64,000 nucleotides of DNA from Vairimorpha necatrix (Eukaryota), in the NCBI GenBank assembly GCA_036630325.1, contig CP142732.1, positions 1,116,001-1,180,000 of the forward strand, in the 5' to 3' direction. This document shows, one piece after another, positions 52,835 to 64,000 of this stretch. Positions within the stretch are counted from its first letter, which is position 1, and every line of letters begins with the position of its first letter. Below the pieces are notes generated by a model, which was given only the letters and a program-made list of their open reading frames with translations, was not told the origin of the DNA and did no database searches. The translations under genes and the position numbers were made by a program.

Positions 52835-55800
52835 TAATATAAAACATGTTTTTTATTAAATTTTAAGAACTATATGATATTCATTTATCAATCAATTTAT
52901 ATTATTCTTTAATGTAAAACATTTAAATCAAAAACTCATGAAATATTTGTATTTAACGAGGAGAAATCATTTTACAAATCAATGGAACAAATTTTAATTA
53001 GATATAAATGAGAAAGCGTAACAAAGATTTTTTTGAAACAATGTTCTGTTTAGCAATAACCATCTATAATGTTCTAGATTCTTAACAGATGTACCCAATA
53101 AATTGTTTTGGGTTTATAAATAATTTTTTGATTTCATAAATGTTAACATACTAATAGGTATTTAAAAATTAAAATTTTTCAAAATAAAGAGAAAAAGTAC
53201 AAAAAAGTAAATAAATTGTAGCTGAAATCAGATAATAGAAATAAATACAAACAAGTTATTAAATCAAAAGTCTGAAAAATATTTCGATGTTTTAAATAGG
53301 AAGAAACCCTTAAAATTTCTGTTTAGTGATGACTGAGAAATTTTTTTAGAATATCTTACTGTCTTTCTGATCGAGCATATTGTCAGCATATTCTTTAAAA
53401 TGTTGAATTTACAGTTTATTTCAATTAAAATCATCATAAAAATTCAAAGGATAAGACACAGTTCTTATTTGTAGATCATAAATGTGTTGTACTTGCACAA
53501 AATAAGGAATTGTATGTCTCTCAAATCTTAGAAAAATAAATGATGCTGATTTTAAAAATGTTTGAAATATTAATCCTTCTATAATTGAAGAATGACAATT
53601 GAAATGTATTTAGATACCTATAAAACCTTTTCTATTAGGTTTTAGATATATACAATTATATATAAGTTTTTTATTTTTTAAAATTGTTTTTTCGAATATT
53701 CAAATAGGATTTTGCATAAAAAAAGCTTAAATTTGTATATCTAGAGCTATATTCAAGTAAATACATATAAAACAACTAGTTTATATTTCATAATAAATTT
53801 GATTTTTTCCTTATGCTCTTTTTTCGACTTTATAAATATCAGGGTTTGAAAAAAAAATTTATTTTAGATAGATAGTAGGAAATCAAAATGTAAAATAGCT
53901 ATTTTCATGTCATCAGTCTAAGACTGTAATTACTTTTGATGGGGAGAACCTACGAATGAAAAAAACTTCATAAAATTAGGCTATTGACAAAATCTTTTTT
54001 TTATTTTTATTAAATTGCACATTTCCTTACCCATACAAATCTTCCAAATTAACAGTTAACTTATTTTAATACACAAAGAGATATCTCATATTTAAATTAG
54101 ACTATACTTTTGTATAATAGTAATTTAATGGCTTTTTTAAAAATTTTTAAGCAATCACAACGCGAAGTTCTACGTTAGCAAAATCGACTGCTTTGATTTT
54201 GATCTATTTAAATATGTTATGCAATCATCGTTTTTGATATTTGTTGCTCAGTTATTTACATATACACAGGGAAGAGTGGTATGTCATACACAATTTCTGT
54301 GGCTATACTAGCAAAAAATATATTTTATTATGTTCGTGTTGCATTATGTATTATTCAATTTTTTTATAAAATTTCGGTTCGTTAACATCTAATATCTTCA
54401 TAATTTCCTATGTTCTTGGTACACATTTTTATATTAGGCAAGGTTTTATTTACTTATTCTTAATATTTAAAAAGACTCTGGAGGATTACTTCAAAAAACT
54501 TATGTTTATGTTATATGTGAAAAGAAAATATGCAAATAAATAAGAACTATAGAAATATTATCTTTAGGTAGATTAAGTAGGAAATAAAGTATTCATAAAC
54601 CTTCTCTTCGATCAAATCAACATATCTCCTTCATACACAATTTAATCTATACTAATCAACCTTAACGAAAAGCTATACGATGTTCATATTGTTACTAAAT
54701 TTCTTATGTTGAATCTATTTCATATTGTACTACTTTTAGGATACTACATATTTTTAATTAATGTCTTCTTTTAATTGTTAATGTCAAGAGGTTCTTAACA
54801 TGACACAAGAGAGGTATTTTTTTATAAAAATCAAAAAAAAAAAATTTTATCAAATACACCTACGAACGAGTTCTAGAGAAATTCATAATAACAAAATAAA
54901 TTATTATTACGTTAATAAACATTTACCCTTATACAATCTGAGTTTGTATTAAGAACGTGCAAGGAGAAGTCTATATAAAGTCCGTTACGTCCAATAGAGT
55001 TAAAATTTATAACTTTACTATAGTTAAAATTAGAAGAGGATGCCTGGTTTCTTGTTAACAAGTATAAACCTCGCATTTAGTAGCATCTTGATATCATTTC
55101 TTTTATCATGTCCAAATATGCAGTAGATATAATTTGAAAAAAGCTAATAAAAAATTAAATGATTTGCCGCCAAGAGTAAAAAAAAGATTCGTATAAATGA
55201 TTAAACTCTGTACATTAAATGAAAAATACATGGTATATATTTGGAAAAAATATGAATGTTTTTATATTTACCATCAAGGGTCAACCCCCTTTATATCTGT
55301 AATGCTGATTAAAGAGAAAGTTTCCAACTGGACTTATTAGTAAATATTTAGTGTGAAATTATTCTCATTCTTTTCAGAATATATTTGAGGAGGGGAATAG
55401 TTTTTGAACGAAAGATTGCAACTCTACCTAATATACCCACCATTTTAAGTATATACTCGACCCAATTATTATTTAAGATAAGAAAAAAACGGATACTTTT
55501 ATCCATCTGCATATTATAATGAAAAATAAGTAAAAAAGGATTGAACTCAGATACCTTCCCACAATTTTTCCTTTATTTAATTTTTTACATAATTTAATTA
55601 GTTTTAAATTGGTTTTGTGGTATTATAACTACTCTAAGTTAGTTATTTTATTTAATCGATTTTCCCTATTTGACAATAGATCATTTCGACCGTTATATTT
55701 TGAAAATTAAATATTTATTGTCAGACCTTACCTCATACTGGACCATGGAGCATGAAAAGAATATCCCCCTGGTACACTAGAACAAGAAAGGAACACAACG

Positions 55801-56779
55801 CCAGGGACAGAGTTTATACAGAGTTGGCTCACAAGCTCTATATTACTAATTTTAACAATAAATTTAGTAAAACTTTTTTATCTAGATGCATATTCTCTGG
55901 ATTACGTCAGTTTTCAATTCAAAATTCTTCCTATTAAATCTATCTCCTAAAAAACATAGTCAAGAAAAATACTAAATAAACAAAAAACAAAATTTAGTCA
56001 ACTATTGACTCGATCATAAAACATAAATAATTTTTTTGTCATAATCGTTACCGTATATAAAAAAACCTAATATAGATTTTAGGCCTAGTATTCGTAGTTT
56101 CGTAATTTTCATAGTGATAATTTTATTTTTGTAATGCTAAAATAAACTCATTTAGTAAACGTAATTATGATGGCATGATATACTTTTTTCTTTGTCTCAA
56201 TATCCTATAAAAATATTGCACTATTATTTCTCAAGATTATCCTCCTAGGAAAATGTAGTGTCATTTGACCATATAAATTTTTAAAAAAAAAATTGCTAAA
56301 TATAAACATTAAAATGTTTTAATATCGTCTCGGCTGTCTTGATTCAATTTTACAGTAAATTTTTTACTTTAAAAGCGTGCAAAAATGAATAGAAGCAAAA
56401 TTTATCCTATAGTTATTAACTTCCGGAAATGGAAATATCAAATAAAAATGCAGTAATTTATAATATATACCTTTTACGGAAATTTTGTCGATGTTTTATG
56501 ATATTGTTTTAAAAGGGAAAATTTAATTAATCGGGTACAAATATAGATAATTACAAAAAGTATAATAGAATGAAAATGAAATACGATTGAATTAAAAAGA
56601 TATATCGTATGCTTAAACTTTTATCTATGAATAATAGATAGTGTTTGTTAATATTCAAATGAAAAGTGACTAAAAGATGAGTTTTTTTTAAAATGTGAGC
56701 GTATCATATTGATGTCTAAAACGGGTAAATATCTTAAATCCCCTTTTTTTGAATAAATAAAAATTTATGGCTTTGGGGT

Positions 56780-58744
56780 ATGTTATCAAACAAAAAAATT
56801 TTGAAGTATGAAAATCTTATCTATGAAGTTAAAAATAAAGATAAAAAAATAAACAGCAAGTATGTCACAATAATTAATGGATTATCTGCAACAATAGAAT
56901 CTGGGAAAGTTACTGCTGTTATGGGAGCTAGCGGCTGTGGTAAAACACATTTGTTCGAATTGCTTATCGGTAATTTATCTACTAATTGTAAGACTTCGGG
57001 GAAAATAACTTACAATGGCCAAGAAAGAGATTGGAAAAAATGGACGAAACAGATAGCCTTTCTCCCCCAGGATGATATATATTATCCCGATTTGACTACT
57101 TACGAATCTATTATATACAACCTCTCATTTAATTCGAATAACTATAAGGAAAATATTAAGATAGCGAACGATGCCATTAATTGCGCATGCATTTTTTATA
57201 AAAAGGATGCACCAATAAGAACATTATCTGGTGGAGAAAGGAAAAGAGCTATGATGGCAATCACAATGGCAAATAATCCTGAAATTTTAATATTAGACGA
57301 GCCAACAGCCGGACTTGATTCCTATAGTGCACTAAAAATCGTTGAGAGTCTCAAAAAATATGCTGTTGACACTAATAATATAGTTATAATGACAGTACAT
57401 CAACCAGGAGATGGGATGTTCAATTTATTTGATGATTTAATATTTTTGACTAGAGGTGGTTTGTTTTATGCGGGACCAGTTAATGAAATCAATAGTTTTT
57501 TAGAATCGACCAATATTTGTCCGCCAACGAACATGTCACATTCAGAAGCGCTTTTCATGTTACATTCAGATCCCAAAGAATCGGAATTTGCCCGAAAATA
57601 TGAAAATGCGGTTAAGGACATCGTTTATAGAAATGCAGTAAAAGATCCATTACCAGAGCCCAAAGCATGTAATAACAAAAGTATGGTTTTTTTTGGTATA
57701 AACGTTAGGCATATTTTCATTCTGTTAAAACATAATTTTAGTTTAATGCTGAAAAGTCCTGATAGATTTAAAAGTTATTTGATGTTTATAATATTTAGTC
57801 TTCTCTCTTTTGGACCATCTGTTATAATAAAATTTATCGCTAAACATGAGGATATTTTAGAAGATTACGATAGTTTAAGACAAGCAAACTTAAAATTTTC
57901 AGAAAAACTTGCTTTATCTTACGTTTTGTTTTCAAGCGAATATATGATTTCAGTTGCCTTATGGACTACATTTTTTAGTATAAATATGCAAGACGAAGTT
58001 ATTTTGAAGATGGAATTATTCACTAGAAAATATTCACTAATGACATATTATTTATACAACTTTGTGCAGAAATTTTTGTGCTCTTACATTTTCTTAACTA
58101 TTGGATATTTGATTATGTTTATTATCGATTTCAACTCTGGTTATCCTGCAGAAACTATATACCTATTATATCCCATTATAATAATATCATTATTTTTGAC
58201 TGTTGCAGTTAATTTATTGTTAACATCAATTCCTTTAGGTTTTAAAATGTCATATTTTATTGTCCTGTGCAATACATTTGGGGTTTATTGTGGTCATACA
58301 TTACTAATTAATGCGTACAAAATTTTTTTGGAGCGTTTTTGGGATAAGACGCCTCTAGCATTAAATTTACTATTACTCTTTCCTAATTATTGTTTCGACA
58401 TCTATTCTATGACCAAAATGCGTATTATTCGTAGAAATACTCAACCTCGATTTTTTCACGACATTATAGAGCATTTAAAATTCTATGAAATTGGTGGTTA
58501 TAGTCCTTATGCAGAATCGACGCCAATTATAAGAAGCAGACGTCAATATAGTCTCATTAGATCCCTTGTCCCCAATGAATTTTTTTATGATCCTAAGTTT
58601 GCTCTATCCCTAATTTCTTTTGATATTGAACCCAATACTTTATTATTTATTATTCCAATAAGTTTTTCTATCTGCGTAATGTTGACATTATTGAATATGT
58701 GGTTTAATAAAGTTAGTAACATCAGGACCAAACTTATGAGCTAA
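56780..58744 (+). CDS. ABCG (White-type) half transporter
   Basis: NBD-TMD order; GASGCGKT, LSGGERKR, LDEPTAGLD, TVHQP; C-terminal TM helices. Confidence 0.95.
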   Translation: MLSNKKILKYENLIYEVKNKDKKINSKYVTIINGLSATIESGKVTAVMGASGCGKTHLFELLIGNLSTNCKTSGKITYNGQERDWKKWTKQIAFLPQDDIYYPDLTTYESIIYNLSFNSNNYKENIKIANDAINCACIFYKKDAPIRTLSGGERKRAMMAITMANNPEILILDEPTAGLDSYSALKIVESLKKYAVDTNNIVIMTVHQPGDGMFNLFDDLIFLTRGGLFYAGPVNEINSFLESTNICPPTNMSHSEALFMLHSDPKESEFARKYENAVKDIVYRNAVKDPLPEPKACNNKSMVFFGINVRHIFILLKHNFSLMLKSPDRFKSYLMFIIFSLLSFGPSVIIKFIAKHEDILEDYDSLRQANLKFSEKLALSYVLFSSEYMISVALWTTFFSINMQDEVILKMELFTRKYSLMTYYLYNFVQKFLCSYIFLTIGYLIMFIIDFNSGYPAETIYLLYPIIIISLFLTVAVNLLLTSIPLGFKMSYFIVLCNTFGVYCGHTLLINAYKIFLERFWDKTPLALNLLLLFPNYCFDIYSMTKMRIIRRNTQPRFFHDIIEHLKFYEIGGYSPYAESTPIIRSRRQYSLIRSLVPNEFFYDPKFALSLISFDIEPNTLLFIIPISFSICVMLTLLNMWFNKVSNIRTKLMS

Positions 58745-61700
58745 AATAAAGGAATTTTAGTATTTATTTAAAGTTTGTAGTTTTTTAAAGTACTTAGTCA
58801 TGTTTTAATATCATAATATTTAAATTATTTAATATCAGAGACGTAAGTATCTAATGATAAATTTATGAGTTCTTTTTTTCACTTAAGAAATTAATTACTC
58901 AAACATATAAAAACGAACAATTGATTCTATATTATTATATTGTTTATCACAAAATAACAAACTTTATAAATTTAGTTTATTATGCCCCGCCTTATAACGC
59001 TTATATCGCTATCCTTTGATGCCCCATAACCGATACTAAAAGTAGATACTAAATTACAAATGCATAAAAATATTGAAAAAACATTTTAAGACGATATTTA
59101 CAGTTATAAGAGTAGATCAAGGTGTCTAACAAAAAACTTGAAAACTAGGTCTCTTATGAAGCAAAACACAGAATAAGTTTCAAAGAGCCATCATTTGTTT
59201 AAATAAATTTTATGCAGATTTCTTGGTGTAAATATTAAATTTTATATAATTCCTAGGAAAATCATAAAAGAATCAAGTATTTGACATAGATACTCAAATT
59301 TTATCAATGTTTAGTAACCTTAGTTTTTAAGTGACGATTAAATTTATTGTAAGAAGTTAAGAGCTGCGATACTTAAATTAAATTTTAAAAATCTATAGTT
59401 TATAAGCTAAAATTATTTTATAGCTAAAACAATCTATATGAGTAAAAGCGAAGTTAAAATTGCAACACTTTTTTATGTATTTCGAAGTTAATACGTAGAA
59501 AAAATACAGAAATAACCATAATTATTTTTTTTGCTTTATACTTTGATAAATATCTCTAAAACAATCCCTATTTAAGAGTTTGTGTTTTAAGTTTTTTATT
59601 TTCGAACACATTAATAACGACTTTATAAAAAAACAAACAAGTCTAAAACTACACAATATGAACCAATATATTATTTCTTATTCTATTTTTTTTTCTACAT
59701 TGTGTTGTTTTGTGTTGCCAATACGAAACTGTTATTTTTGCATAAAACATATAAAGTTTTTTTTATTATGCTTTTTTTGTCTCATTATATTTCCATAAAA
59801 TTATATAAATATAAAGATTAATTAATTAGTTAATCCTGTTACTACAGACTAAGGGCTTGTCAAAAAATTATCGGCTCTTTGTCCTATTTGAAAAAACTGG
59901 AATTGAGCTGATTAATATAGAAAATCTAAAAAAATTACTGAATTTTTAAATGTCGATATAAAAAGAGATAATTTAATTTCAGATCATTCATTTGTAACAA
60001 AAGTATTAATATGTTAATTTCTTTTATAGATAAGTGGATTATGCTGGTTTTATATCATCAGGGGGACATTAAGACAAAATCTGGGCTACAAACAATATAA
60101 GTTAAAGAAAATAGATATAATATACTAAATTAAGATATTTATCTTTCTTTTTATTTGGATTACATGTGTATTACTGCTTGAAACCCATATTTAACAAACC
60201 AAAAATTGCATACAGACAAAATAAAGTGCATATATAAAATAAAGACAAATTAATAATCTTACATTTTTTTAGACATAAGTAGTTATCTGCAACTAAAACA
60301 CTCAACTAGAAGTTTTTTTCACGACAATGAACTTAGGTTGAGAATATGTTTGCAAAAACCTACAGTAATGATTGTAATAAAGTTAAATCTAATATGAAAG
60401 GTATAAACAATAAGCATATCTTAGAATTTAAAAAATTTCTTTGTCATAGAAGATCCTCTTTTATATAAGAAATACCAGAAAAAACACACAGAGTTGAGAA
60501 GTTATAAGCGACACAGTTAAAAGTTAAGATAAGATTATAGAGTAATTTAGATGGAAACATAAAACAATTCTACGTAAAGTTGCTGTAAAAATAGGGAATA
60601 CATTTATACAATATAACTCTTAAACCTAACAGGTATTAATGAAGTATCACTTATCGACACATAAACATAAAAAGTAAGCTTGAAAAATTAAAATCGGAAA
60701 AATTTAGATTTTACTAAACATTAGCAGCAATAAAAACTTAAGTCGTTTTATTTTTGGTACTATAATGTATTAAAGTATAAACGTTGTTATATTTTGTCTT
60801 TATTTTACATTTATTTAGAAAAAAAACGGAAGGATTTCCCAAATGGTGCAGAACACATTTTATGTGTCCGAAATCGAGATTTTCATGTTAAAATAATGCA
60901 AATGAATTTTTAAACTTTTTTATCTGCCTGTTATTGACTTAGTAATGTACTGCCCAATTAAATTAATAGTTGGTGCTCGCAAGAATATTAGAATATTTCA
61001 ACGTCTTAAAATACTATAGAACAGTAGATGTACCTCTACAATACTCTTGACAGAAGAAATCATTTTATACAAAAATTTTTTATATCGGTGATTCGATATA
61101 AATTCTTTTTTTAATATATCGGCTGAGATATCAAACACAGATTCACCTCTACATTGGGAATGCCAAATTTGTAAACGTATCTAGTACCAGATCATTTAAC
61201 TATATACATTGTAAACTTTTGTTTGTAACAATCTGATAAAGTTTTTATAAGCTAAGGTTATGTTATTTTTTTTCATCTTCATACTCTTGAAAGTATGATT
61301 TCTTTTGGTATTTATAGGCGGGATAACATTGGACATTCGACTTTTTAAATCATATTTGAAAAATTTAAATAATTTTCATAGAATACAATCTCTGGTCTTC
61401 AAAGTCAAAAGCACTAAATAAAATCTGTCCCTTGGCAGCATAATCATTTTTTGTGAATTGAAATCAATTTAGCATACTTTTTTTTTGCATATTTGTAAAT
61501 ATGATTATTCCAATGAATATATTCATTTATGCGCTTTTTTTAAATTGAATCAATTACACACGTAATCATCCATGCTAAAACTATATGTAACAAAGATAAA
61601 GTATATTTTAAAATATTTAATCGAGTCAAATATACCAATCTTAGTTTATAGATCTTGAAATTATGGTCTTTTGAAGACTAATTCTAGACATACACATTAT

Positions 61701-62218
61701 ACTATTTTAAATCAGAAACTTTGCTTTAAATAAAGAGCGTAAAATCCAAATTTTATTATTAATTGAGCAATATATATCTTTTAAAAACAGTTATTTATAA
61801 AACCTAGTTTTTCATTGTTTAATTTTAATATATCTATCTAAATATTTAAACCTGTTAAAAGAGCCGCCAAATCCTTTATATCTCTTATCTAGATCATGTA
61901 ATGTCGTTCTATACGTAACTATGACAATCAAGTTCTAATTGTAAGGATTACAAAACTACGAAGATAGGATATAGATTGAAATATATTTAAATGAAAAGCT
62001 TTAGATATATAAAAAAAACGAACCTAAGGCAAGTTGACATGCCGAAATCGACAATGACTGATATTAACTCAATATTAATATCTTGGATCAGTTATGTAAT
62101 TTTTTGAGAGGACAACAAGAGGGTATTTGGATACTAAAAAGTAGCTTTGCTTGAAAAAATTTAAATCGGAAAGAGCTATATAAGTTTGTTAAAAGATTTG
62201 TAAAACAGAAGTAATTAA

Positions 62219-64000
62219 TGTCACAGTTAGTTGGTGGAACCAGTTAGTAGAGGGAACCCTAAAAAAATTTATAAAAAAAGACCCCCGTGGGAATCGAACT
62301 TGGGACTTCTCGAAAGAATACAATCACAATGAACGACTTTTTTGAGACGGTTCTAAATTTGTCCTAATTGTATTATGGGGTATATTTCGAGTAATTTTAT
62401 ATAAATTTGGAGGGAAAATAAAAAAAAATAAAATAAACAACTTTTTAAAAATTTATTCGTTATCAAGCAATCTCAGATCTCTAGTGTAAATTTCTTCTAT
62501 AATAAGCAATGGATCGGCCTCTTTAGATAATTTTACTTTATTAAATTGAAGTATATCCATTACAATATATACATCGACATCCAAATGTTCGTATAGAGAT
62601 AGCCTTCTAGTACTTTGATTATTGTCTAAATATGGTCTTATAAGAACCCTATCTCCCAATTTATATTCATAGAAGTCATTTCTCCACATACTTCTTTCAA
62701 TCATTCTATTAGCAGCATTTTGAGTATTAAACCGTGCAGATTCGTGGTAAACTTAATTTAAAAAAAGATTTTCATTGTTTAAAGCATATAGTTCTTCGTA
62801 ATTTACGACGTTACTTTCTTCAAAAACAAATTCTTCTCTTCGTTCTTCTTCCTCGTTTTCAACTTCGTTTTTTTTTGCAACCGAATCTATTTTATCAGTG
62901 ATTCTAGATTCTTGCATCATGTCTTTAATGGGTTTACCAAAAATTAAACCGAATGTAGTTTGTTTAGTTGTTTTTGCCTTAAGTTGTTATATGCCCAGTT
63001 AACTTCTTGGCGTACTATGGTCCATTGCCCTAAGATATTCTTCGACCTCAGAGTAGATTCAATCATCCATTTTATTGTTTGATTGCATCGTTCTATCTGT
63101 TCTTGTATCCAAGGACATCTAGCTCTTCCTATTACATGTCTTATTTCATACTTTACACATAAATTCACGATATATTGATTAACAAATTCTCTACCGTTGT
63201 CGGTATGAAGTATAAAACAAGATCCAAACGTATTGAATAGTGTTTCAAAGGCATCACGCACACTAATGCCAGTTTTGTCACACAATGGAATCGTCCAACA
63301 GAACTTGGTAAATGAATCCACTACGTTAAGTAACCATTTATATCCATCATTGAGTTTGTGATACAATCGAAGATCAATCAAATCAGCAATTTACCTTTCT
63401 CTATAATATTTTGAAATGATTGGTCTAATAACTGGTCTAGTTATTAGATTTCTTCTTGCTTGACAAATATCACAACTTTTCAAAACTCCTCAGTACTTCG
63501 TTTTGAGTAACGTCGTATACTTTTGATTGTAACAATGGATACAATCTGTCACGCCCAGGATGTCCATTAGAAACATGAATCAGTTTGATGAAATCCAGTT
63601 TGAAACGCTGCTCATTAGTTGTAAAGAATCTCAATGATCTATATTAATCTACTTTAAACCTCACAGTTAGTTCAAAACTTCCATTGTTGTTTTCTTCAAA
63701 CAACATGAAACGTTCAGCTTTTCTTTAAAAATTTTTACGATCAACTTTGTCCAACAACGTTGGTGGCAGCTGACCATATAATAAAAAATTGTAAACTTCT
63801 TGTCTTTTATCATTGTCCATTTTTATTCTCATAACCCCACAAAAAAAAAAAATTATTTACTATAAATTGAAGGATAATTTTACTGTAATTTCTTATAATA
63901 TTTTTTTTCCTTTCTAAGTAAATTTTGTTTTTCTTCAAAAGGTCCTGGGTTCGATCCCCACAGAGCTCTTTTTTAGGGTTCCCTCTACTAACTGGTTCCC
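62219..64000 (-). mobile_element. Ginger-like integrase-encoding DNA transposon (decayed); right end cut by the window edge
   Basis: TGT left terminus; perfect 31-bp inverted repeat 62236-62266 vs 63969-63999; integrase present without RT or Gag. Confidence 0.85.
62453..63832 (-). pseudogene. Disrupted rve-type integrase/transposase
   Basis: ggggttATG at 63832; HVSNGH..CDIC zinc finger; ADLID, HTDNGREF, IERCNQT (DDE); C-terminal GDRVLI; several stops and at least two frameshifts. Confidence 0.9.

Noticed and set aside
50600..56700. Short ORFs and decayed coding-like patches in the gene-poor tract (also 58800-62200)
   Set aside because: No recognisable domains or consistent frames; cannot be assigned without searches.
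63935..63975. A functional tRNA gene
   Set aside because: Only the T-arm side is present; there is no D-arm or anticodon arm, and it lies inside a transposon TIR.

Overview
AT-rich eukaryotic DNA from a microsporidian, probably Nosema/Vairimorpha-like. This is inferred from the reduced and divergent eukaryotic proteins, CCC/GGG motifs just upstream of start codons, and a 24-nt spliceosomal intron. Layout: (1) 0.6-12.3 kb holds an MBOAT acyltransferase, an ARF GTPase and midasin, with many short tandem-repeat expansions. (2) 13.2-17.3 kb is an intact, very recent 4.1-kb Ty3/gypsy retrotransposon with identical 180-bp LTRs and a GATTC target duplication. Its ORF starts inside a hairpin-tiled LTR, and it has a palindrome where a tRNA primer site is expected. 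(3) 19.4-26.5 kb is an old ~2.8-kb duplication carrying a divergent gene pair, including two small secreted peptides that share a signal peptide but have unrelated mature regions; a Merlin-like TIR element follows. (4) 27.3-43.7 kb is a dense core-gene block: probable Tfc3, PRE2, METTL5, G6PD, NSE4, TBCC, DPH6, a Lys/Glu-rich secreted protein, a CTD-type CDK, RPL6, cytochrome b5 reductase and a frameshifted chitin synthase. (5) 44-64 kb is gene-sparse, with orphan signal-peptide/TM proteins, an ABCG transporter and a decayed Ginger-like integrase DNA transposon whose TIRs contain tRNA 3'-half-like sequence. All calls come from motif recognition by eye; no searches were run.
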